Both the position numbers and the translations under genes were made by a program. The notes below the pieces were generated by a model that was not told the origin of the DNA, did not search any database, and saw only the letters and a list, made by a program, of their open reading frames with translations. Below are positions 29,586 to 38,387 of a DNA stretch of 64,000 bases, one piece after another. The stretch lies in NCBI GenBank assembly GCA_963733095.1, contig CAVTBV010000002.1, positions 78,664 to 142,663 on the forward strand, read 5' to 3'. Source of the DNA: Candidatus Bathyarchaeota archaeon. Its GTDB lineage: Archaea > Thermoproteota > Bathyarchaeia > Bathyarchaeales > Bathycorpusculaceae. The stretch's first letter is position 1. Every line of letters starts with the position of its first letter.

Positions 29586-30880
29586 ACAGCAAATCAGAAA
29601 AACTCTTTGAGAGAGCAAAAAAAATCCTACCCGGCGGCGTGAACAGCCCCGTCCGAGCGTTCGAGCCATACCCCTTTTTCGTGGAATACGCTCAGGGCTC
29701 AAAAATGCATGATGCCGACGGCAAATCTTATGTTGATTACTGTATGGCTTATGGCGCGTTGCTTTTGGGGCATGCAAACGCCGAAATCCTCGATGCAGTT
29801 AAAAAGCAGTTTACTCTGGGAACACTTTACGGTGCTCCAACCGAGCGTGAAGTGGAATTTGCCGAACTTATCTCTAAAGCTTCACCCTGTATGGAGATGA
29901 TGCGTCTAGTAAACAGCGGCACCGAAGCCACAATGCATGCTATCCGCACAGCAAGAGGCTACACGGGGCGGAAGAAAATCATCAAATTCGAAGGGTGCTT
30001 CCATGGCTCCCACGATAGTGTGCTTGTCAAGGCAGGGTCAGGAGCCGCAACTTTCGGAGCGCCAAACTCATTGGGGGTACCAGAGGAAACCACACAGAAC
30101 ACGATTGTTCTGCCCTACAACAGCGCTGAAGCACTGGAAGCTACATTTAAGAGTGTGGGCAACCAAATCGCCGCAGTTATCGTTGAGCCCGTTTTGGCTA
30201 ATGTTGGCTTGATTTTACCCACAAAAGATTACCTGAGTTATCTGAGAAAAATAACCAGCCAGCACGGGGCGGTTTTGATTTTTGACGAAATCATCACTGG
30301 TTTTCGCTTAGCTTTGGGCGGCGCACAGGAATACTTTGGCGTTACCCCTGACATGGCGACGCTTGGCAAGGTGCTTGGCGGCGGCTTCCCGTTGGCAGCA
30401 TTTGGCGGCAAAAAAGAAATCATGCAGAATATTTCTCCAGTCGGCAGAGTCTACCAAGCGGGAACCTTTAGCGGCAACCCTGTCTCAGCAACAGCTGGTT
30501 TCACAATTCTTAACATCCTAAGACAAAAGAAAAACCAAATTTACCCACAACTCGAAAAGAACGCCGCAGAGCTCGCAAAAGCCCTAACCGACCAAGCCCA
30601 AGCCTACAAGTTGCCCGCTCAAGTCTATAACATCGCATCTATGTACCAGATATTCTTCACCAAAGACCAAGTTCTCGATTACACCTGCGCTAAACACTCA
30701 GATACAGCCATGTTCGCAGCTTACTTCAGGGAACTGCTACGTCAAGGAGTGTTTATTCCTCCCTCCCAGTTTGAAACGTGCTTTATTTCAGCCGCCCACA
30801 CCGAGGAAGACTTTAGATTCACTGCCAACGCATTTGAAAAAGCTCTTGCAGCGGCAGCGAAAACGAGGAATCCTCAATGA
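29567..30880 (+). CDS. hemL: Glutamate-1-semialdehyde aminomutase
   Basis: PGGVNSPVRAF, NSGTEA, GK.LGGGFP, PPSQFE. Confidence 0.97.
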   Translation: MVEPTLNSKSEKLFERAKKILPGGVNSPVRAFEPYPFFVEYAQGSKMHDADGKSYVDYCMAYGALLLGHANAEILDAVKKQFTLGTLYGAPTEREVEFAELISKASPCMEMMRLVNSGTEATMHAIRTARGYTGRKKIIKFEGCFHGSHDSVLVKAGSGAATFGAPNSLGVPEETTQNTIVLPYNSAEALEATFKSVGNQIAAVIVEPVLANVGLILPTKDYLSYLRKITSQHGAVLIFDEIITGFRLALGGAQEYFGVTPDMATLGKVLGGGFPLAAFGGKKEIMQNISPVGRVYQAGTFSGNPVSATAGFTILNILRQKKNQIYPQLEKNAAELAKALTDQAQAYKLPAQVYNIASMYQIFFTKDQVLDYTCAKHSDTAMFAAYFRELLRQGVFIPPSQFETCFISAAHTEEDFRFTANAFEKALAAAAKTRNPQ

Positions 30881-31812
30881 AACTTGTCGTCGGCACAAGA
30901 GGCAGCAAACTCGCCCTCGCCCAAACCAACCGCACCCTAAACCAAATTAAACAAAAATGTCCCGACATAAATTTTGAGTTGAAAATCATCAAGACCACAG
31001 GCGACAAAGAACATGGCAAACCCCTCTTTTCGATAGATTGCAAGGGCATCTTTGAGAAGGAAATTGATCAGGAAGTTGTCAGCGGCAAAGTTGATTTGGC
31101 TGTACACAGCTTGAAAGACGTGCCTATTGTTGAACAGCAGACTGGTACGGTTTTGGCTTCAATTCCGAAGAGAGATTCGCCATGCGATGTTTTCATTTCT
31201 AAGGATAAAATTCACCTCAGCGCGCTGCCGAAAGGTGCAGTCGTTGGAACTGGTAGCCTGAGACGACTAGCCGAAATCAAATTCATTCGCCCAGATTTAG
31301 ATGTTGAACCCATCAGGGGAAATGTGGACACAAGAATCGGCAAAGTCAAAAAAGGAGAATTGGCAGGCATAATCATTGCGGAAGCCGGTTTAGAGAGAAT
31401 GGATCTAACAAGTGAAATCACTGAGCGCCTCCTACTTGACCAATTTCCATCCGCAGCTGGACAAGGGGCAATAGCAATCGTGGCAAAAGAAGGCAGCACC
31501 GCCGTCATAGACGTTTTACATTCAGTGGAGGACAAAGCTACCCGCGCCGAAATAACAGCAGAACGTCGTTTGGTGCTTGAATTGGAAGGTGGATGCCGCG
31601 TACCTATAGGCGCTGTCGGACAGGCAAAAGGTAACAACCTTTCGTTGTTTGGCTGCATTTTCTCGTTAACAGAGCAAAAGAAAATCAGTGCGTCCGCTAA
31701 AGGAACATTAGCCCAAGCCGATGAATTAGGCAAAAAAGTGGGCGAAGACCTAATCAAGATGGGTGCTAAAGACTTGGAGAAGGAATGGAGAGAAAAATAT
31801 GGTGTATGGTAA
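30877..31812 (+). CDS. hemC: Hydroxymethylbilane synthase
   Basis: GTRGSKLA, AVHSLKDVP, IRGNVDTR, LEGGC. Confidence 0.97.
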   Translation: MKLVVGTRGSKLALAQTNRTLNQIKQKCPDINFELKIIKTTGDKEHGKPLFSIDCKGIFEKEIDQEVVSGKVDLAVHSLKDVPIVEQQTGTVLASIPKRDSPCDVFISKDKIHLSALPKGAVVGTGSLRRLAEIKFIRPDLDVEPIRGNVDTRIGKVKKGELAGIIIAEAGLERMDLTSEITERLLLDQFPSAAGQGAIAIVAKEGSTAVIDVLHSVEDKATRAEITAERRLVLELEGGCRVPIGAVGQAKGNNLSLFGCIFSLTEQKKISASAKGTLAQADELGKKVGEDLIKMGAKDLEKEWREKYGVW

Positions 31813-32554
31813 AGTTTACCTTGTTGGTGCCGGTCCAGGCGACCCCCAACTGCTCACGATTAAAGCGGTTAAGGTGCTAAAAGAAGCAGATGTAGTTATC
31901 TACGATAGGCTCGTTGGAGAAGAAATACTCTGCTTAGCACCTGAAGGCGCCGAGATGATCTATGTTGGTAAGCGCACAGGTAAACATGAGGTACCCCAAG
32001 ACAAGATTACTGAGTTAATAGTTGAGAAAGCGCAGAGCGGCGGCAAGATTGTTCGACTCAAAGGTGGCGACCCGTTTATTTTTGGGAGAGGCGGTGAAGA
32101 AGCCGAAGCGTTGGTTGAGAAAGGCATCGCGTTTGAAGTTGTTCCTGGTGTGAGCTCATCTGTGGCAGCTCCAATGTACGCAGGAATACCCTTGACCCAC
32201 CGAGACTATGCAGCATCAGTCGCGATAATTACCGGTCACCGAGCAGGCGATGCAGAGAAACCCATCGATTGGGTAAGAATCGCTAATGCTGTCGACACTA
32301 TGGTCATTCTTATGGGCGTAGAATCCCTTGAAGGCATAGTCGGCAAGCTACTGGAAGGTGGTATAAGCGTAGACAAACCAGTCGCCATGGTCGAATCCGG
32401 AACCTACCCAAAACAGAGAGCCCTTATCAGTACTTTGGGCAAAATCATCAAAGACGCCAAAAGCAAACAAATCAAGCCACCATCCGTTATAGTTATCGGA
32501 GAAGTCGCAACTTTAGGCAGGAAACTCGCATGGTTCAAAAAACCCCTAACTTAG
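31799..32554 (+). CDS. cobA: Uroporphyrinogen-III C-methyltransferase
   Basis: GAGPGDP, YDRLV, RLKGGDP.IFGRGGEE, GIPLTHR. Confidence 0.96.
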   Translation: MVYGKVYLVGAGPGDPQLLTIKAVKVLKEADVVIYDRLVGEEILCLAPEGAEMIYVGKRTGKHEVPQDKITELIVEKAQSGGKIVRLKGGDPFIFGRGGEEAEALVEKGIAFEVVPGVSSSVAAPMYAGIPLTHRDYAASVAIITGHRAGDAEKPIDWVRIANAVDTMVILMGVESLEGIVGKLLEGGISVDKPVAMVESGTYPKQRALISTLGKIIKDAKSKQIKPPSVIVIGEVATLGRKLAWFKKPLT

Positions 32555-33354
32555 TCGGCAAAACCATAGCTATCACACGCCCTGCGGGACAAGCCGAAGA
32601 AGCAGGCGCAATCATCAAGCAGAAGGGCGGCATACCCTACTATATTCCCGCAATAGAAATCAAGGCTCTAAGCAACCCAGTTGCTCTAAAAAAGTTTATT
32701 CGGGAACTTCACGAGCGTCAAGTGGACTATGTCATTTTTATGAGTACCAATGGAGTTAAGTATCTTTTTAGTGCAGCTCAAAATTTTAACCTGCAAATGT
32801 TGCTCTATGAAGGTCTTAAATGTACGTTTGTAATCGCGGTCGGTCCAAAGACAGCTGAAGCCATGGAGGAATGCAATGTTCGCGTGGATATAGTTCCCGA
32901 AAAATATAGTTCTGAAGGCTTACTAAAGGCGTTGGAAGGCAAAGATTTGGCGGGCAAAAAAATCCGCATCCCTCGAACCAGCAATGCCACTCCCACCTTA
33001 ACCAATAAACTCAGGGAAATGGGTGCAGACGTAGAGGAAATCTACGTTTACGAGTCAGGGTTGCCAGTAGACCAAAAACTAAAAACAAAGTTCTATGAAG
33101 ACTTAACCAGCGGAAAGATTGACGCTATAGTTTTCGGCAGCGGCTTGAGTGCCAAGAACATTTTTAAGATGCTCACTGAAAAAGCTCCCATGGAAACTCT
33201 AAGAAATTTTGTAAACTCCAAAGTGACAACAGTGGCTATTGGTCCCACTACTGCCGAAGCTCTAACGGAAATGGATATAAAAGTTAACGTCGTCCCCAAG
33301 GACTACTTGTTCGAAGAAGCGTTAACTGCTTTAGAGGCGTTCTGGAAACACTAA
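32530..33354 (+). CDS. hemD: Uroporphyrinogen-III synthase
   Basis: ITRP, S.NGV, AVGPKTA, AIGPTTA. Confidence 0.93.
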   Translation: MVQKTPNLVGKTIAITRPAGQAEEAGAIIKQKGGIPYYIPAIEIKALSNPVALKKFIRELHERQVDYVIFMSTNGVKYLFSAAQNFNLQMLLYEGLKCTFVIAVGPKTAEAMEECNVRVDIVPEKYSSEGLLKALEGKDLAGKKIRIPRTSNATPTLTNKLREMGADVEEIYVYESGLPVDQKLKTKFYEDLTSGKIDAIVFGSGLSAKNIFKMLTEKAPMETLRNFVNSKVTTVAIGPTTAEALTEMDIKVNVVPKDYLFEEALTALEAFWKH

Positions 33355-33474
33355 GTAAAAAATTAATGTAGTAGTGCAGGCACAGCCACTTACCTTTAAA
33401 ACACCCCTGATTTACCTTATTAACAGAGTAACCGCCTGTTTTTCGGTTAGATTTTGTGTTGGAGGTGAAATTTT

Positions 33475-33678
33475 ATGGAAGCAACAGACAAGAGTGGTAA
33501 AGTAAAGTTTACTTTTGAAATGGAATTAAACCAGCCCATAATGGACCTCGTTAGGCAAGACATCGATGTGATGATGGATCTTGCTTCTCAAGGTGCAGAC
33601 ATTTGGAGAAAGAATGTGGGTGAAAGAAGAAAGATGGGCCACGGTATGGGCATGATGATGCACCATGGCCAAGAATAA
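33475..33678 (+). CDS. Small protein with Met/His-rich tail
   Basis: GGAGGTGA SD; ends MGHGMGMMMHHGQE. Confidence 0.7.
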   Translation: MEATDKSGKVKFTFEMELNQPIMDLVRQDIDVMMDLASQGADIWRKNVGERRKMGHGMGMMMHHGQE

Positions 33679-33688
33679 AACTTTAGCC

Positions 33689-34465
33689 TTAAAGAAAGTC
33701 TGGGCTAAATTGTGGTTCATTAGCAACCGAAGCAATAATCTGCTCGGCAAATTCCTCTTGTTCTTTTTCGCCGGTGACGGCAATCCAGCATGCGCCTTCT
33801 GCGCCGCAAACGCCGCCGGCAGCGATTAACTCCACCTCGGCGGCTGTTAGCACCCTTAACGCATCCAATTCAGTGAAGACTTCTCCTGGGACGGGCAACA
33901 AACGGTATCCGCCTGCACCTGGAGCATTTAACTTCTCGGCTAAGGCGTTCAAGTTACCGTCTATACGTTTCTCTAAACCTACCGGAATTATAAGTCTCAC
34001 CCGACGACCCACAACAGCGGGCAAAGCCAAACCTATCGTTCCGGCTTTGGGGTGGCCAATCAAAATAGCTGCTTGCCTGTGGGTTAAATCTAACGCGTTG
34101 GCTCCTTTCAAAATGACATCACCCTCCGTGAGGTTGTCAATTACGTCAGCGATTGTTTTTCCTTCTTGCCAAACACCATTAGTTATTACCAAATCCCCCG
34201 GAAACTTACTCTCATCCGTCAGTCTGCCTTCGGCAGTTACATTCTTATCTGGAGGAATGGTTATGCCGCGGAAGAAATGTTTTCTTGAGAAATCATTTGC
34301 TATTTTGTGGGTTTTTAGGATTTCTTCAGCTACATAACCGTTGGTGGTTCCCGCAATAATTACAAGTGTTCCATTTTTTAGTGCTTTGCGTATGGCTGGG
34401 TGATTTGCGATGGTTTTGGCGATTAAACGTTTACCTGTTTGAGGTGTGATCAGGAACTGTTTCAT
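33689..34465 (-). CDS. Conserved hypothetical alpha/beta protein
   Basis: 258-aa ORF with GTTN.YV.EE, KGANA, PVGLEK and AAGG..GAEG motifs; function not assignable. Confidence 0.75.
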   Translation of the reverse strand: MKQFLITPQTGKRLIAKTIANHPAIRKALKNGTLVIIAGTTNGYVAEEILKTHKIANDFSRKHFFRGITIPPDKNVTAEGRLTDESKFPGDLVITNGVWQEGKTIADVIDNLTEGDVILKGANALDLTHRQAAILIGHPKAGTIGLALPAVVGRRVRLIIPVGLEKRIDGNLNALAEKLNAPGAGGYRLLPVPGEVFTELDALRVLTAAEVELIAAGGVCGAEGACWIAVTGEKEQEEFAEQIIASVANEPQFSPDFL

Positions 34466-34606
34466 ATGGCATCTCTTTGCTTCATTAATCGTTAAGTGTA
34501 ATAAATGTTTTAATCGTCAGCTTATCCATCATAAGGCCATAAAATTTTCCTAAGGGTCTGAATAGCACAGCTTTAAAAGCAAGCACGCCTATGAATGGGA
34601 GGTTTA

Positions 34607-34888
34607 ATGGTGAGTATTTTGGCTCAAAAAGTTCGTGGAAGAATAACTAATTACCGCACAGGACCCAAAGAACAAACATCAAACGAGTGCTTAATTGAAT
34701 TTGAAAATGTTGCATCTGCAGGCTCAGCAAGCAAACTAATTGGGCAAAAGGTTACTTGGAAAAACGGAAAAACAAAGCTTACTGGAAAAATCAGGGGCGC
34801 GCACGGCAAGAATGGAATGGTTCGAGCAAGGTTTAAGCGTGGAGTTCCTGGCCAAGCAATCGGTTCAGTTGTTGAACTGATAAGCTAA
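34607..34888 (+). CDS. rpl35ae: 50S ribosomal protein L35Ae
   Basis: NYR.G...Q, GKI...HG.NG.VRARF..G.PGQA.G. Confidence 0.95.
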   Translation: MVSILAQKVRGRITNYRTGPKEQTSNECLIEFENVASAGSASKLIGQKVTWKNGKTKLTGKIRGAHGKNGMVRARFKRGVPGQAIGSVVELIS

Positions 34889-34931
34889 TTATCTTCTAAA
34901 AATATTTATAATTTTTCAAAAAAAAACTGTT

Positions 34932-35102
34932 TTATAATTCGCCCACATCAGGACCTTCGTAGACGTATTCAATTATTTCGGTATTTCCGTCTTTAACAAT
35001 TACTTGGTAATCTGCTTCGCATATTGGACAGGCGACTATTTCGCCGTCTTTTAAGCCGTCTCGTTTGAAGGTGTTCCCGCATTCAGTACATTTAAGAATA
35101 AT
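34932..35102 (-). CDS. LysW-like zinc-ribbon protein, 56 aa (not in ORF track, no canonical start)
   Basis: IILKCTECGNTFKRDGLKDGEIVACPICEADYQVIVKDGNTEIIEYVYEGPDVGEL; GGAGG then ATT. Confidence 0.8.
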   Translation of the reverse strand: MILKCTECGNTFKRDGLKDGEIVACPICEADYQVIVKDGNTEIIEYVYEGPDVGEL

Positions 35103-35114
35103 AGCTTTAGCCTC

Positions 35115-35423
35115 CTACTCCATTTTGAGGTAGTTGTGGCTTCGGAGCCAGTCGGATTGGTTTTTGCGGTACCGCCAGAATATGTCCCCATGTGTGTCGG
35201 ATTGGAAATCCCATGGCGATACCAATACGATATCGCCTTCTCTGATCCAAACTCGCCTTTTCAGTTTGCCGCGGACTCGGCACATTCGTTCTTTCCCATC
35301 TTGGCATTTAACCGTGATTCTTTCGGCGCCAAGCATCTTAACCGCTACACCCAATACGTCGTTTGAGGAAGGTAAGACCATGCTATCGAGGCTACCCTCG
35401 TTTGTTATTTTTCGTTTACCCAT
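35115..35423 (-). CDS. eif1a: Translation initiation factor aIF-1A
   Basis: MLG..R..V.C.DG..R.CR..GKL..RVWIREGD.VLV.PWDFQ..GDI.WRY. Confidence 0.96.
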   Translation of the reverse strand: MGKRKITNEGSLDSMVLPSSNDVLGVAVKMLGAERITVKCQDGKERMCRVRGKLKRRVWIREGDIVLVSPWDFQSDTHGDIFWRYRKNQSDWLRSHNYLKME

Positions 35424-35910
35424 TTTTTACACCTTTGGCTTACGCCAATTTTATATCAGAATAGTTTTGAGAAAAAGCGGATAAGTGGTCTAACTCTTCC
35501 TCTAAATAATTCTAACTACATCAATAAGGAACGCAACAGGTATATTAGTTTAGCTTAGTTTGTAAGGTTTTTTTTCATGGTTTTTAGATATTTTCTAATA
35601 ATAATTTTTCTAATGACTTGTTTTGCAGAAAACGGCTCGGAAATTACTCCTTTTTTCAAAAACATTTCTTCATCATTCCCTTCTCTTTATGGTGGGAAGC
35701 TCTTTCACGTTGAAGATTTTTTATTCTTCTTAGAATAATCTGATTTAAACATGTGTGTTAAAAACGTGGACTTTTTGCTTATAAACAACCTGATGCGTTT
35801 GTGGAGTAATTTTAAATAAAAACCCGGAATATTGGGGATTTTCGTTTTCAAAAGATAATAAAAAATAAAAAAGAAAATTGTTAAAGATTTTATGATGCTT
35901 AGCTAAATGC

Positions 35911-36051
35911 TTAGTATCTTCGTGGTGGTCTACGTTTTGAGTAGCACTCTCGGCAGTAAACTGGCCTTGTACCGTCTGGCTTGAAAGGAACTTCACATTC
36001 TTTTCCGCAGTCAGCGCAAGTTGCCTTGTGCATCTCTTTGTTATTATACAT
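35911..36051 (-). CDS. CxxC-x17-CxxC protein, 46 aa (not in ORF track)
   Basis: MYNNKEMHKATCADCGKECEVPFKPDGTRPVYCRECYSKRRPPRRY; AGGAG SD. Confidence 0.92.
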   Translation of the reverse strand: MYNNKEMHKATCADCGKECEVPFKPDGTRPVYCRECYSKRRPPRRY

Positions 36052-36391
36052 TCGCTATTTCAACTCCTACTACTTTGGCTATGCAAAAGTCTCTTTCGCA
36101 CAGTACCATCTAACTATTCGTCGATGCTTATAAATTGAGTGCTTGTGCATTCCTGATTAACCATCTGTCCCCTAGTGAGCAACCAGTCTCAATGAGGTTT
36201 TCCACAATCATCAGATAACCCCTTTTACTCAATAGCCAAAGCTGAAAATGACCAACTAATTTTTATCGTCAACCTAATATAGTTAACATTATATTATTAA
36301 GTAAATATTCGGGGTAAATGAGAAAAAGTGTGAAATAGCATCTCTGCAGTTGCTTTTTCTCGTACTTTGACCATAATTTGAGAGGGGTAAT

Positions 36392-37048
36392 TTGAGACAG
36401 AAAAAATCAACATTAGGCGAACATCTTGCGCTTCTTTCGGTAAAATATAACATTTACCCAAACGAAGTTTTCCAAGCATTAATCTCAGCAAGGAACAATG
36501 AGAAAGCTGTCTGCGGCAACCTTACAGTGGAATACCGCGGCAAAGTAAAGGGTGAAACAATTTTCCTAATAACAAAAGACAGCAGCGTTGTTGCTCAGTT
36601 CCGTGTTGGTGAAGAGTTCCTCCTAAGAAAAGATAACCCCTTCGAGAGTTGGATGAGCACAGATAAGATTCGCAAGAAAATCGCTAAACAAAACACCGAA
36701 TCAATCTACACATCCATCCACGATTTGAGAGCAGGCATGAAACGAGTCAACTTGAAAGCCGAAGTCATAGAGATTCCTAAACCCGCCCAAGTTCACACAC
36801 AATTCGGCAACACAGTCATGGTAGTCAATGCGTTGGTTGGGGATGACACTGGAAAAACCAAACTCTGTCTCTGGGAAGGACAAATCGGCTGTATTGCTGT
36901 GGGAAACAACATCGAGCTGAAGAATGCACAGGTCTGTGTTTTTAGGGGCGAGAGGCAGCTGCGGCTAGGGAAGAACGGTGTTCTTAACGTGTTGTCAAAC
37001 TCTACTGATGATGCAAAGCAACAGCTGGCAACAGCTGCAGTTAGATAA
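36392..37048 (+). CDS. Unknown N-terminal domain plus SSB/RPA-like OB fold
   Basis: I.DLR.GM..VNL...V, VGDDTG...L.LW, I.L.NA....FRG..QL.LG..G. Confidence 0.82.
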   Translation: MRQKKSTLGEHLALLSVKYNIYPNEVFQALISARNNEKAVCGNLTVEYRGKVKGETIFLITKDSSVVAQFRVGEEFLLRKDNPFESWMSTDKIRKKIAKQNTESIYTSIHDLRAGMKRVNLKAEVIEIPKPAQVHTQFGNTVMVVNALVGDDTGKTKLCLWEGQIGCIAVGNNIELKNAQVCVFRGERQLRLGKNGVLNVLSNSTDDAKQQLATAAVR

Positions 37049-37092
37049 AAATATTTTTTTTTTAAAAAAAAGTAAAATAATTATTTTTTTAG

Positions 37093-37308
37093 TTATTTCC
37101 AGTTGGTTCTTCGTCTGGACCAAGCTTGTTCTTTGTTAGAATCAGAGCTTGACGCTTTATGTTCGGTACTTCCATGAGTACTGTGTTTGGCTAAGCATTC
37201 TCTACAGTAAACGGGTTTACCTGCTGTTGGTTTAAAGGGAACAGTTGCGGATTTGCCGCAGTCACTGCATTTAATTTCGGTTACATTTACATTTGATCTT
37301 TGAGACAT
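37093..37308 (-). CDS. CxxC-x17-CxxC protein
   Basis: CSDCGKSATVPFKPTAGKPVYCREC. Confidence 0.9.
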   Translation of the reverse strand: MSQRSNVNVTEIKCSDCGKSATVPFKPTAGKPVYCRECLAKHSTHGSTEHKASSSDSNKEQAWSRRRTNWK

Positions 37309-37396
37309 TAAATTACTCCATATTATGTGAAAATTGGGGAAAAAGTTCCTTATTTTTCGAATATTTAAGGGTGGAACGTTGACTTAAACGTTTCCA

Positions 37397-37609
37397 TCAC
37401 TTCAAACGCTGAATCAGGCTAATTGTCTTTGTTTTCACTGTTTTTAAATTGGTTTTTTTCTTCGATGCAGCGTTTCCCTTATCAAACTTATCTCTTTCGC
37501 GTAATCCATAAAAAGCCATCCGCACAGCTCCACTCTCACTCGCCTCAAAACGTATTGACAGCTTCATTAGGATTTCCATCTGCTCCTTACTCAATATAAC
37601 TTTTACCAC
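37397..37609 (-). pseudogene. Ribbon-helix-helix-like protein, probably frameshifted
   Basis: VKVILSKEQMEIL..SESGAVRMAF; removing one T from the T5 run near 37512 gives MDYAKEISLIRE. Confidence 0.45.
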
Positions 37610-37848
37610 ATATTTCCTAATTTTTTCATTATCCCTTAAACGCCCTCACGATGGTCTTAGATTATTCGTCGCATGGTCTAATTGCTGTGCAATTCGACTT
37701 TTCATTTTGGGCTGTATATTAGCTGGGTGTTGGTCGTGTGAGGGATAGAAAGAATGTCAAGCAAAACAATCATAAAACGGAGGAAAAACAAACCCGGCAA
37801 AAGAGCATGTTTTTGGCTCGGGTTTTTAAGGCAGCACATGCTAGATGA

Positions 37849-38304
37849 TTGTTGGGTACTATCTTGGAATCAAGCGAAGAACTTAATGCGTCAACTTTTC
37901 AGACCTACATGTACCTTGTGAAGGTTGGGAAGCCTGTGGGGCCCAGAGATGTTATGCGTGGAGCCAACTTGAGCAGCCCAAGCGTGGCATACAGAAACCT
38001 CCAGAAGCTCATAGACTTAGGCTTAGTGGTAAAAGACGAATACAACAATTATGTGGTCAAGGAAAAAGTAAGCAAGAAAGGCTACGTTTGGATTGGAAAA
38101 ACTCTCATGCCCAGCTTTGTCATCGTCGGCTTCATTTTTCTAGGAATCTTGATCGGTGAGATAGCTGTCTTGATTCCCCACTTGGTCCGAGGTGCTCCAA
38201 TTCAGGAGTCGTTTTGGTTCTGGATTCTAACAACCACCGTTGCCGCCTTGATTTTCTTGGTTGAAGCAATCCGATTCAGGATGAAACCTAAGCACTCAAC
38301 ATAG
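37849..38304 (+). CDS. Membrane-anchored wHTH regulator
   Basis: Y.YL...GKPVGPRDV.R...LSSPSVAY..L.KL followed by two TM helices. Confidence 0.85.
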   Translation: MLGTILESSEELNASTFQTYMYLVKVGKPVGPRDVMRGANLSSPSVAYRNLQKLIDLGLVVKDEYNNYVVKEKVSKKGYVWIGKTLMPSFVIVGFIFLGILIGEIAVLIPHLVRGAPIQESFWFWILTTTVAALIFLVEAIRFRMKPKHST

Positions 38305-38387
38305 AAAAAAACGTCTGCTTCAAGAAAAGATGCAAACTGTTAAAAGCCATTTTCAATGAATAATGACATGCCAAAGGAAGAGACGCC

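Noticed and set aside
18212-33354. Many long antisense ORFs (e.g. 23277-23954, 31212-31757)
   Set aside because: Shadows of well-supported genes on the other strand, with no motifs of their own
35115-35117. Genome-wide TAG reassignment
   Set aside because: TAG ends other genes at expected positions (e.g. cbiT, cbiO) and no pyl genes are in the window; only local readthrough stays possible
35745-35996. 83-aa ORF from the track
   Set aside because: Wrong frame; the real gene is the CxxC-x17-CxxC ORF at 35911-36051
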